Program-made: the position numbers and the translations under genes | Source of the DNA: Clostridia bacterium | GTDB taxonomy: Bacteria; Bacillota; Clostridia; Christensenellales; Aristaeellaceae | Reading direction: 5' to 3' | Length of the DNA: 64,000 nucleotides | Assembly: GCA_024404245.1 (NCBI GenBank) | Contig: JAKSQH010000001.1 | Coordinates: 35,556 to 99,555 of the forward strand | The notes under the pieces: generated by a model | The model's database searches: none | Seen by the model: only the letters and a program-made list of their open reading frames with translations | What the model was told of the DNA's origin: nothing | Shown: one piece after another, positions 18,641 through 27,201 of the stretch | Layout of the letters: each line of letters begins with the position of its first letter | Numbering within the stretch: the first letter of the stretch is position 1

Positions 18641-21244
18641 TTATGGCTTTATGATACTCAGTGTCACCGTGTTGCTCTTCACGCTGTTGCCGTATTTATC
18701 CTTGACCACGCAGTAGATCTGCCGTCCGTTCTTGTCAGCCGTCATTGTAAGGTTATATGTCGCGGCAGTCGTTGTTCCTTTTGTAAACGAAGTTGAGCCT
18801 CTGTCCTTATAGTACCATGCGTAGGTCAGTCCGTCACCCATCGCGACAATTGTTGTAGTGGCTTTTGCTCCTGTTGTGGCAACTCTCACGTTCGACGGCT
18901 GTACGAGGATTGTCGCCGGCGTCGCGATGCTCAGTACCACTTTTTTGCTCTTCACGGTATTGCCGTATTTATCCGTCACCGCGCAATAAACCAGGCGGCC
19001 GTTCATTGCAGCCTTCATAGTCACACTGTACGACGCGGTTGTCACGGTTGATTTGGTGAACGAAGTGGCGCTCCTGTCCTTATAGTACCACACATACTTC
19101 AACCCGTCACCGGACGCGACAACCTTCACCGTCACTTTGGCCCCTGCCTGGGCGGCTTTCGCATTCTTCGGCTGTGTCGTAATCTTTACGGGTACCGCAA
19201 TGCTCAGAGTCACCGTGTTGCTCTTTACGGAATTGCCGTACTTGTCCTTCACAATACAGTAGACCTGACGGCCGTTCCTCGCGTCAGTTATCTTCAGGCT
19301 GTAGGTCGCGGTTGTGATTGTACCTTTAGTGAAAGATGACGAGCCTTTATCTTTATAATACCAGGCGTATTTCAGTCCGTCACCTGTGGCCACAATCTTT
19401 GTGGTCGCGGTATCTCCGGCCTTCGCCACCTTCACATTCTTGGGTTGCGTGGTAATCTTCAACGGTGCCGTGATGCTCAGCGTCACCGTATTGCTTTTTA
19501 CGGAATTTCCGTACTTGTCTTTTACAACACAGTAGACCTGACGTCCGTTTCTCGCATCCGTCATAGTAATACTGTAAGTCGCAGCTGTAATGGTGCCCTT
19601 GGTGAATGATGATGATCCTTTGTCCTTGTAATACCAGGCATAGGTCAGCCCGTCACCGGACGCGACAATCTTTGTCGTTACCGTAGCCCCGCTCGCGGCT
19701 GACGCGTTCTTAGGCTGGGTTGTAATCTTCGCGCGGATACCGAGCGTCACCGTATTGCTTTTCACGGTATTGCCGTACTTATCTTTCACCTTGCAGTAAA
19801 CCTGACGGCCGTTTCGTGCCTCTGTCATCGTAATACTGTAAGTCGCGGTTGTAATCGTGCCCTTGGTGAATGATGATGATCCTTTGTCCTTGTAATACCA
19901 GGCATAGGTCAGCCCGTCACCGGACGCGACAACCTTTGTTGTCACGGTACCGCCTGCTTTGGCAGCGTTCGCATTCTTCGGCTGTGTTGTGATCTGCGGA
20001 CCAATGCTCAGCGTAACCGTGTTGCTCTTCGCGGTATTGCCGTACTTGTCCTTCACAATGCAATAAACCTGGCGACCGTTTCTCGCGGCCGTCATTTTGA
20101 GCGTGTAGGTTGCCGTGGTGATAGTGCCTTTTGTGAATGACGTTGATCCCTTGTCCTTGTAGTACCAGGCATAGGTCAACCCGTCACCGGACGCGACGAC
20201 TTTTGTTGTCGCGTTAGCTCCCTCACTGGCCGCCTTCGCGTTCTTCGGCTGTGTAGTGATTTTGACCGGCACAGCAATACTCAGCGTGACTGTATTGCTC
20301 TTTGCCTTGTTCCCGTATTTGTCTTTCACCAGGCAATAAACCTGCCGGCCGTTTCTTTCAGCGGTAATTGTAAGGCTGTAGGTCGCCGTTGTGATGGTTC
20401 CCTTGGTAAAAGAAGAGGAGCCCTTGTCCTTGTAGTACCACGCGTATGTCAGCCCGTCCCCGGACGCGACAACCTTCGTTGTTGCTTTATTCCCGGCTTT
20501 CGCCACCTTTACGTTTTTCGGCTGCGTTGTGATCTTCACCGGTGCGGCTATACTCAGCGTTACTGTATTGGTCTTCGCGGTATGGCCGTTCTGATCCTTG
20601 ATCTGGCAATAGACTTGCCGGCCGTTTCTCGCGTCGGTCATCTTGAGGTTGTAGGTCGCGGTCGTAACGGTTCCCTTTGTAAATGAGGTGGAGCCTTTGT
20701 CTTTATAATACCACGCGTATGTAAGACCGTTGCCTACAGCTGTAACCTTAGTGGTTGCGGTATCACCGACTTTGCCCACTTTCACACTCTTCGGCTGCGC
20801 GGTAATATTAATCGCGATGCTCAGCGTTACGGTATTGCTCTTTTCGGTATTCCCATATTTATCCTTTACGATACAGTAAACCTTGCGGCCGGCTCTCGCA
20901 GCCGTCATTTTGAGACTGTATGTCGCGGTTGTGATCGTTCCTTTTTTGAACGAGGAAGATCCTGTGTCTTTGTAGTACCATGCGTACGTAAGGCCGTCAC
21001 CTACCGCGACAACTTTGGTCGTCGCGGTTTTCCCGGTCTGAACAACCTTCACGTTCTTCGGTTGCGTGGTAATTTTTACAGTTACCTGACCGCCCGCCAC
21101 GGTACCCGCGGAAGGATCCATATTCAGCTCCGCCGTCGGCTCAGTCATACCGTAAACGGTTCCGCTGCTGTTCTCCGCGGTGCCGAAGGACAGCATAACG
21201 GTCAACTGGATGATAATCAGCAAACACGAAAGTATCTTTTTCAT
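18641..21244 (-). CDS. Secreted protein of nine tandem Ig-like repeats (about 88-91 aa each)
   Basis: Signal peptide MKKILSCLL; nine copies of ITTQPK...GDGLTYAWYYKD...NGRQVYC.VKDKYGN..KSNTVTLSI; GGAGG RBS. Confidence 0.9.
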   Translation of the reverse strand: MKKILSCLLIIIQLTVMLSFGTAENSSGTVYGMTEPTAELNMDPSAGTVAGGQVTVKITTQPKNVKVVQTGKTATTKVVAVGDGLTYAWYYKDTGSSSFKKGTITTATYSLKMTAARAGRKVYCIVKDKYGNTEKSNTVTLSIAINITAQPKSVKVGKVGDTATTKVTAVGNGLTYAWYYKDKGSTSFTKGTVTTATYNLKMTDARNGRQVYCQIKDQNGHTAKTNTVTLSIAAPVKITTQPKNVKVAKAGNKATTKVVASGDGLTYAWYYKDKGSSSFTKGTITTATYSLTITAERNGRQVYCLVKDKYGNKAKSNTVTLSIAVPVKITTQPKNAKAASEGANATTKVVASGDGLTYAWYYKDKGSTSFTKGTITTATYTLKMTAARNGRQVYCIVKDKYGNTAKSNTVTLSIGPQITTQPKNANAAKAGGTVTTKVVASGDGLTYAWYYKDKGSSSFTKGTITTATYSITMTEARNGRQVYCKVKDKYGNTVKSNTVTLGIRAKITTQPKNASAASGATVTTKIVASGDGLTYAWYYKDKGSSSFTKGTITAATYSITMTDARNGRQVYCVVKDKYGNSVKSNTVTLSITAPLKITTQPKNVKVAKAGDTATTKIVATGDGLKYAWYYKDKGSSSFTKGTITTATYSLKITDARNGRQVYCIVKDKYGNSVKSNTVTLSIAVPVKITTQPKNAKAAQAGAKVTVKVVASGDGLKYVWYYKDRSATSFTKSTVTTASYSVTMKAAMNGRLVYCAVTDKYGNTVKSKKVVLSIATPATILVQPSNVRVATTGAKATTTIVAMGDGLTYAWYYKDRGSTSFTKGTTTAATYNLTMTADKNGRQIYCVVKDKYGNSVKSNTVTLSIIKP
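18650..21080. repeat. Intragenic tandem repeat array (about 264-273 bp period, 9 units)
   Basis: Unit recurrence is visible in the DNA; 19593-19668 is identical to 19857-19932 (offset 264). Confidence 0.9.
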
Positions 21245-21384
21245 GTACAGGTCCTCCGTCTGTAAGGGATTGATCGTATATCTGAATTCTGTTTCCGGTT
21301 TAGTATACATCGCCGGCGTCACTGTTGATTCCGGTCCTCGCGATGACCACCGTCATCACCGGAGTGATCCGGGCGGAAAAGACA

Positions 21385-24000
21385 TCACTTGATTTTCACA
21401 TTGTCAATCAGGCACGCGGAATCGTAGTAACTGTCACCCACGTCATACACAATAAACTGAAGGTTGATCGTTTTGGTGCGCATGGGGTTCAAATTAATAG
21501 ATACATGCTGCCATCCCGTATGATAAACCGTACTGTCACCGCCGGTGAAATTCACACCGCTGACAGATTTCCAGGTTGAGGTGTTAACGGAGGCATATTG
21601 CTTTTCCACCCTGACAGTATCGCCCGTGGAAATCCGCACAACGAAGGAATCGTTGAACTGGTTGCCTACATACTCCATCGGCTCCTCGGAAACGAAATCG
21701 TAGTCAAATTCCAGCGTGGACGCGCCGGACGGAATGTATATGACCTGATTGATCATACTTCCTTCCTTGCCGTTTCCGAATTTCGCGTTCTGCTGCGCGC
21801 CGATGCCGGTTGTCAGCAATGCCATACGCGTGCTGCCGGAGGTCGCCGGGCTGATCGCGCCAAGTTTCTGCACAGTACGCACATCGCCCAAGGCCGTCCA
21901 TGTGCCGGGCTTGGTCGTGGAGGAATTATACGTTTCGAATCCGCCGTTCTTCAGCTGCGGGTTCACCAGCTTCGAACTGTCCGCGCCGCGCCTTACCGGA
22001 TACGCGATATCGACCAGCGCGTCATATGGGTCACCTAGCATATACCTCACATAGTATTCCCATGTATACCCCTCCACCATTAGGAACCATGCTGCGTGAT
22101 TCGCTCCAAGCTTGTTGATCGCGTTGTCATAAGCCACCTTGGATGTTTTCCCCGCGATCAGGTTATCCACATATTCCTTCATCAGCAGTCTGCTGTATTC
22201 AGCCAGTACGGAATTATGAAAACCGATATATGCTTTCGCGCCGCAATTGATGAACGCGTTGGCCATCCGATAGTCATAGCTACCCGATGAAGAACCTTTT
22301 CCGTAACCTAAAGCCTCACAGCACTCAGAATATATAAACGTGGAATCAAAGCTGTCGGTTACAAAGTTGTCCGTGAAGAATTTGCTGACGATATTATAAG
22401 AAAAACCGGTCATACCGCCCCAATGCTGTACTGTTACCTGCTGATCCTTCAGTTCAAGCTGATATTCCACATTTTTCGCTGATGTAACCAATTCTGCCAG
22501 ACAAATTACAGCCTCGGTCCGGCCGATATCTTCCCAGTAATCGTATGATCCGTGCGACGCAATACATACCACATTATATTTACCGATTGAATGGAAATCC
22601 GCCACAGTCGGGGTTGGATCATATTTAAGTGTAGTCTTCAGTCCCTTGGCATCCCATTCTTTTTTTGCATTAACATAGAATGCAGTCCGATTTTCTTTAC
22701 CCTTTGTTGTGGTCTCAAAAGCCGGGAACGCGTTCAGGATCAGAGCCGTTCCGATCTCACTCGTGTTGACGGCGTTCCTCGCGGGCGCATTGTCATTCGC
22801 ACCCGAAACGTTTTTCATATAAAGAGCCTGAGGCATTTCATCGTCAAAGTCCCGCAAGCATACGCCACCCAGAATGTTCTCCGGGTACGTGAAAGTGATC
22901 GTTTCGTTTTCAGCGTCATAGTGTATGGATCCTTTTTTAATTTTGCCGGATTCCGCAAAGTCATTGAGCATCTTCAGAATCCGGTCCGCCTCCGTTCCGC
23001 CGTTCGTTGCCGCGGAACCCGGGTTTTTCATCACCGCTGTTACGGCATTGCCGACACTGTCCATTGCGCTCAGCGTATTATCGGATATAGGCGTATAATA
23101 TTTTACCTTTACGGTATTTGAGTTTTTATTGTCATACTGGGCCCGGAAGGAAATCTCCGTGTCCTCATTCAGCGGAATATCAACCGCAGCGGTATAGATG
23201 CAGTCACCCGCGATATCATCCGTTCCTTTACCGTCATCCCGCATTTCAACCCGGTTGACCAGATTGCCTTCCTCACCGTACCGGAGTGTGATGGAACCCA
23301 CGGTTGACTTTGTTTCCAGATACATGACAGTCGGTTCATCACCGATCAGCCTGACATTCTCTTCTGTCCGCAGCTCGAAATCATTATACACACTGCCAGG
23401 CACAGAATATTCCACATCCGCCTGAATCTCATGCTTCGTACCGGCAATGGTGACCTGCTGTTTGATATTGATCGTATCGGGTCCGTTACCGTCCGCCAGT
23501 GCCCGGCCGATCGGACCGGAAACCGCCGCGGAGCCAAGCAGCGCCACACACAGCATCAGGGAAAGGAAGAATCTCCCTGCCTTTTTATGGCGGATCAGAT
23601 ATACGGCGGCAGCACCGGAAACGGCGAACATGATCAGCAGAAGCAGCGGATGTTCGCTATCACCCGTAGGCGGGTTATTGGAGGGTATAAAGGTAATGGT
23701 GAAAGAAGCCTTCTGCCCGGCCGGCAGAACGGAAACATTCTTCGTCAGGCTGACCCCGTTCTCCGTAACGTAACCTGACGGAACCTGATATTTCAGTACC
23801 AGATCACGCGCTTCGTCCGGGTTGTTATTCAGCACCGTCAGCATCGCCTTGATCGGATCGGCGGCCTTATACGCGTTCTCATCCGTCACCAGGGTGACTT
23901 CAAGGCCGTTTTCCGTAACCGTCGCGGCGGACGCGCAAACAGTTGCCAGACTGATGATCAAAGCAAGCACCAGAGCAAAAAAACGTATCCTGTTTCTCAT
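21385..24000 (-). CDS. Multidomain surface protein: Ig-like domain, internal PPTG sorting signal, DDG..DD.AGD calcium-type domain, caspase/CHAT-like domain, C-terminal choice-of-anchor-L-like domain
   Basis: Start MRNRIRFF signal peptide; NPPTGD plus two hydrophobic segments; MRDDGKGTDDIAGDCIYTA; CIASHG / IYSECC / AFINCGAKAYIGF; FVSEE...FNDSF...DVGDSYYDSA. Confidence 0.75.
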   Translation of the reverse strand: MRNRIRFFALVLALIISLATVCASAATVTENGLEVTLVTDENAYKAADPIKAMLTVLNNNPDEARDLVLKYQVPSGYVTENGVSLTKNVSVLPAGQKASFTITFIPSNNPPTGDSEHPLLLLIMFAVSGAAAVYLIRHKKAGRFFLSLMLCVALLGSAAVSGPIGRALADGNGPDTINIKQQVTIAGTKHEIQADVEYSVPGSVYNDFELRTEENVRLIGDEPTVMYLETKSTVGSITLRYGEEGNLVNRVEMRDDGKGTDDIAGDCIYTAAVDIPLNEDTEISFRAQYDNKNSNTVKVKYYTPISDNTLSAMDSVGNAVTAVMKNPGSAATNGGTEADRILKMLNDFAESGKIKKGSIHYDAENETITFTYPENILGGVCLRDFDDEMPQALYMKNVSGANDNAPARNAVNTSEIGTALILNAFPAFETTTKGKENRTAFYVNAKKEWDAKGLKTTLKYDPTPTVADFHSIGKYNVVCIASHGSYDYWEDIGRTEAVICLAELVTSAKNVEYQLELKDQQVTVQHWGGMTGFSYNIVSKFFTDNFVTDSFDSTFIYSECCEALGYGKGSSSGSYDYRMANAFINCGAKAYIGFHNSVLAEYSRLLMKEYVDNLIAGKTSKVAYDNAINKLGANHAAWFLMVEGYTWEYYVRYMLGDPYDALVDIAYPVRRGADSSKLVNPQLKNGGFETYNSSTTKPGTWTALGDVRTVQKLGAISPATSGSTRMALLTTGIGAQQNAKFGNGKEGSMINQVIYIPSGASTLEFDYDFVSEEPMEYVGNQFNDSFVVRISTGDTVRVEKQYASVNTSTWKSVSGVNFTGGDSTVYHTGWQHVSINLNPMRTKTINLQFIVYDVGDSYYDSACLIDNVKIK

Positions 24001-24031
24001 ACCGATACCACCCCAAATAATGTATATTTGA

Positions 24032-24059
24032 AGTATATCACACCCACCGGGGATGTCAA
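24032..24059 (-). promoter_or_regulatory. Sigma-A promoter for surface-protein genes
   Basis: TTGACA-16 nt-TATACT with TG extension on minus strand. Confidence 0.65.
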
Positions 24060-24062
24060 GTT

Positions 24063-24094
24063 GCACGCGGAATATTCGGATATATTCCGCGTGC
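24063..24094. promoter_or_regulatory. Perfect 13-bp inverted repeat between divergent promoters (candidate operator)
   Basis: GCACGCGGAATAT-tcggat-ATATTCCGCGTGC. Confidence 0.5.
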
Positions 24095-24103
24095 GGCGTT
24101 CCA

Positions 24104-24132
24104 TTGACACGGAAAGATGAAAACATTAAAAT
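24104..24132 (+). promoter_or_regulatory. Sigma-A promoter for wzy-like and GT4-LicD genes
   Basis: TTGACA-17 nt-TAAAAT. Confidence 0.75.
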
Positions 24133-24163
24133 ATAGGCATTGATTTCAAAGGAGGAACAGGTA

Positions 24164-25309
24164 TTGAAATTCATCCGGAAAGGTGCGGAAACAGTATCCC
24201 GGTTCTGCGTTTATCTGTTCCCGGTCGCGATCGTCGCTTGCCTCTTCAGAACGTATTTTTCACTGCTGAGCCTGCACAGTCTGGAGCTCGAATCATTAAG
24301 ATGGTCTCTGGATTCGCTTCTCATGCACATATGCTTCGTTCCGCTGACAGTATCCGTCATTGCCTCCTGGGCGCTTGAACCGAAGCGCCTGCTTTATCAG
24401 CTGCCGGTTCTGGTCTTTCTGCTGTACGTGCGGGATTATTTCTATCTGATGGATGACAGGATGTTTGATCTGTTTCTGATCGCGTTCGCGTCTGTCAATG
24501 CCGGCCGGAAGAGCATAATCCGCACAGCCGCGATCACATGGGCGATGCTCGCGTTGCTCACAGTTATCCTGTACATCACCGGTCAGATCGGCAACGTGGT
24601 CCGCGTTTTCAAATACGGCACCGGCAATTCCTACGGTTTCAGCCATCCCAACACCACAGGCGCGGCGGCACTGGCGCTCGTTCTTGTCCTGTGGGCCGCG
24701 TTCTTCCGCGGTAAGCACGTAATCACCTTCATTGTATCCTGGTCTGCCGCAGCGGCAACCTATCTTCTTTTTGCAAGCCGCACGCCGGCGGTCATGCTGC
24801 TTCTGTTTCCCGTTGCCGATCTGCTGCTCGAAGCGCTGTCCCGCAGAAGTGAAAAGCTGCTGCCCCGCACAATGGCAGTTCTCCCCGTATGCTACTGTCT
24901 GGTTTCGGTTCTTCTGGTCATCATCGCGCTTGAGAATCCGAAGCTTCTTTCCGGCAATATCATGTCCCGCTTCACATATGCGGCGAAAGCCATCAAAAAA
25001 TGCGGTGTTACTTTTTTCGGCAACCCGTCCGTTTTCTACGAATGCGAAGGGGTTGTGCTGGATAACCAGTACCTCAACTGGATTATTTACAGGGGTATCA
25101 TTCCGGCCGTTCTCGGGCTGATACTCGAGGTCTGCATGATGTACCGTTTCGCGAAAAACAAGGACCATACCGGTCTGGTCTGGTCATTCATTCTGATCAC
25201 CGCGGGGCTGATGGAAAACGTATATACCTGGCCGCTGTTCTTCCCCGCGCCGATGATCCTGTTCGCCGCCGTATCCGGAACAGAAAAAAAAGAACGGCTC
25301 CCGTTGTGA
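24164..25309 (+). CDS. Wzy-like polysaccharide polymerase / O-antigen ligase family membrane protein
   Basis: About 10-11 TM segments; SYGFSHPNT, ASRT, LDNQYL..I..GI, GLMEN motifs; TTG start after AAGGAGG. Confidence 0.75.
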   Translation: MKFIRKGAETVSRFCVYLFPVAIVACLFRTYFSLLSLHSLELESLRWSLDSLLMHICFVPLTVSVIASWALEPKRLLYQLPVLVFLLYVRDYFYLMDDRMFDLFLIAFASVNAGRKSIIRTAAITWAMLALLTVILYITGQIGNVVRVFKYGTGNSYGFSHPNTTGAAALALVLVLWAAFFRGKHVITFIVSWSAAAATYLLFASRTPAVMLLLFPVADLLLEALSRRSEKLLPRTMAVLPVCYCLVSVLLVIIALENPKLLSGNIMSRFTYAAKAIKKCGVTFFGNPSVFYECEGVVLDNQYLNWIIYRGIIPAVLGLILEVCMMYRFAKNKDHTGLVWSFILITAGLMENVYTWPLFFPAPMILFAAVSGTEKKERLPL

Positions 25310-27201
25310 TTCCGCTCCGCGCGCCCGCCCCGGATGAAGAACGGGTTGCCTTCGTAATCGGCGGCACAACAATCAGCGGCGGCATGAAAGTTGTGTGCGA
25401 ATACGCGAACGCGCTCCGCGAAGCGGGCGCGTATGTTGTGATGCTCTGCACAGGTCCGTTATCCGGGCAGATGGAATGGTTTCCGGGCCAGAAAGTACCG
25501 GTGATTCCGTTCCGTGAGGCCGCTCGTGACTGGGATACCGTAATCACAACATTCTGGCAGACCAATGAGTTCGCGTCCGGATTGTCAGCGAAACGGCGTG
25601 TCTATCTTGTGCAGTCCGACGAGCGCTGTTTCTATCCGCGCAATCCGTATCTGCGTCTGCGTGTCGCGAAAACGTACCGGCAAAAGAACGTGGAGTATCT
25701 CTGTGTTGCGGCGTGGATGAAAAAATGGCTGAAAGAGGAATTCAATCAGAACGCGGAGCTCATTGTCAACGGGATCGATGTGAACGCCTTCGCGTCCGCG
25801 GTCCCGCTCGCGGCGAAAAGCGATCGTCTGCGCGTACTGATTGAAGGCGACGCGAACAGTTCCGTCAAGAACATCGCTTCCGCGCTGGAGATCGTGCGCG
25901 GCACGGATATGGAAATCTGGCGTGTCACACCCGCGGCGGATTCCGCCGCGGAAGAAGCCGACAGGGTTTTCAGTGCCGTTCCCGCCTCTGATATGCCCGG
26001 CATTTACAGGTCCTGTGATATTCTGCTGAAAACAAGCCGCTTTGAAAGTTTCTGTCTGCCGGCACTGGAGATGATGGCCGCCGGCGGTGTTGTGCTCGCG
26101 GCACGGACACCCGGCACGGAGGAACTGATCCGTCACGGCGAAAACGGGTTCCTGTTTGAGCAAAACGATACGGCTGCGGCAGAAAAGTATCTTGACATGC
26201 TGCGTGATCCGGAAATCCGCGAGCGGATCGGCAGACAGGCCGCGGCGTACGCGGCCGGCTGTTCACGTGATGAATCAATCCGGCACGCGTGCTCTTTTTT
26301 GCTGCCCGGGCAGAAATACAAACAGTTTTTTAAAGAAAATACGGAAGCAGGCATCACGGATGAGGAAACACTCCGGCAGGTTTTCCTGAACATGCCGGAA
26401 GCGGAAGGGACCGCCAGAAGAATCCAACTGTGCAACAATGATCTGTTGCGGCGGATCAAGCGCGTCTGCGACGCGAACGGCATTCCCTTTTTTCTGCTGT
26501 GGGGCACATTGCTCGGCAGCGTCCGTCACCGCGGATTTATCCCATGGGATGATGATATTGACATCGGCATGATGCGGCAGGATCTGCTGAAGCTGAAAGA
26601 CATCATCCGGGACGATCCTGTACTCAGGCTTGACATGGCCTACAACTGGGGTCTCGGCGGCATCTGCTGGAAGATCCGCTACCGTCTGTGCGATTCCTTC
26701 TGGGTGGATATCTTCCTGTATGAAACGTTTGAAGACGATCCGTCCGAAGACCGCGCGGCGATGATCCGTGAAGCCTCCGCCCGTTATCAGCACCGGCGTC
26801 TGCATGCCGTGCGGCGGTATTATCATACCCGTAAGCCCTGTCTCGCCACGGTATCCGACCCACGTGTGGACAGGCTCTGCGAGAGCGCGCGGACCCTGCT
26901 CGAAAAGGAACTGCCGTTTCTCGGCCGGGGCGATATGCTGATTCTGAGCCCGGACGCGAACCCGCAGCTCGCGAAGCCTCCCGTTCCTTACAGCACCTTC
27001 TTTCCGCTGCAAAAAAACAGTTCCCCGTTTGAAGGAGAACTGTATGACACAATCCGTGAACCGGATCTCTGGCTGAAATCGCTTTACGGTGATTACATGA
27101 CGCTCCCCGCGGACATCACGCCTAAGCATGAAGCGGAATCAATGTCACGCGCGGAAGAGGACCTGAAAAAACTGGCCGATGCCGGTCTTATGACTTTCTG
27201 A
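25306..27201 (+). CDS. Fusion of GT4-type (GT-B) glycosyltransferase and LicD phosphotransferase
   Basis: N-terminal SGGMKV...ESFCLPALEMMAAG (Ex7E). C-terminal GTLLGSVRHRGFIPWDDDIDIGM, VDIF, YGDYMTLP. Confidence 0.88.
   Translation: MIPLRAPAPDEERVAFVIGGTTISGGMKVVCEYANALREAGAYVVMLCTGPLSGQMEWFPGQKVPVIPFREAARDWDTVITTFWQTNEFASGLSAKRRVYLVQSDERCFYPRNPYLRLRVAKTYRQKNVEYLCVAAWMKKWLKEEFNQNAELIVNGIDVNAFASAVPLAAKSDRLRVLIEGDANSSVKNIASALEIVRGTDMEIWRVTPAADSAAEEADRVFSAVPASDMPGIYRSCDILLKTSRFESFCLPALEMMAAGGVVLAARTPGTEELIRHGENGFLFEQNDTAAAEKYLDMLRDPEIRERIGRQAAAYAAGCSRDESIRHACSFLLPGQKYKQFFKENTEAGITDEETLRQVFLNMPEAEGTARRIQLCNNDLLRRIKRVCDANGIPFFLLWGTLLGSVRHRGFIPWDDDIDIGMMRQDLLKLKDIIRDDPVLRLDMAYNWGLGGICWKIRYRLCDSFWVDIFLYETFEDDPSEDRAAMIREASARYQHRRLHAVRRYYHTRKPCLATVSDPRVDRLCESARTLLEKELPFLGRGDMLILSPDANPQLAKPPVPYSTFFPLQKNSSPFEGELYDTIREPDLWLKSLYGDYMTLPADITPKHEAESMSRAEEDLKKLADAGLMTF

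Noticed and set aside
18650-21080. Regular repeats considered as a CRISPR array or DGR template/variable pair
   Set aside because: The period is about 264-273 bp, in frame and protein-coding. Differences are mostly synonymous rather than adenine-specific, and no cas or reverse transcriptase gene is in the window.
24060-27201. Invertible (phase-variable) segment explaining the opposite orientation of the wzy-like and GT4-LicD genes
   Set aside because: No flanking inverted repeats found by eye and no recombinase in the window.
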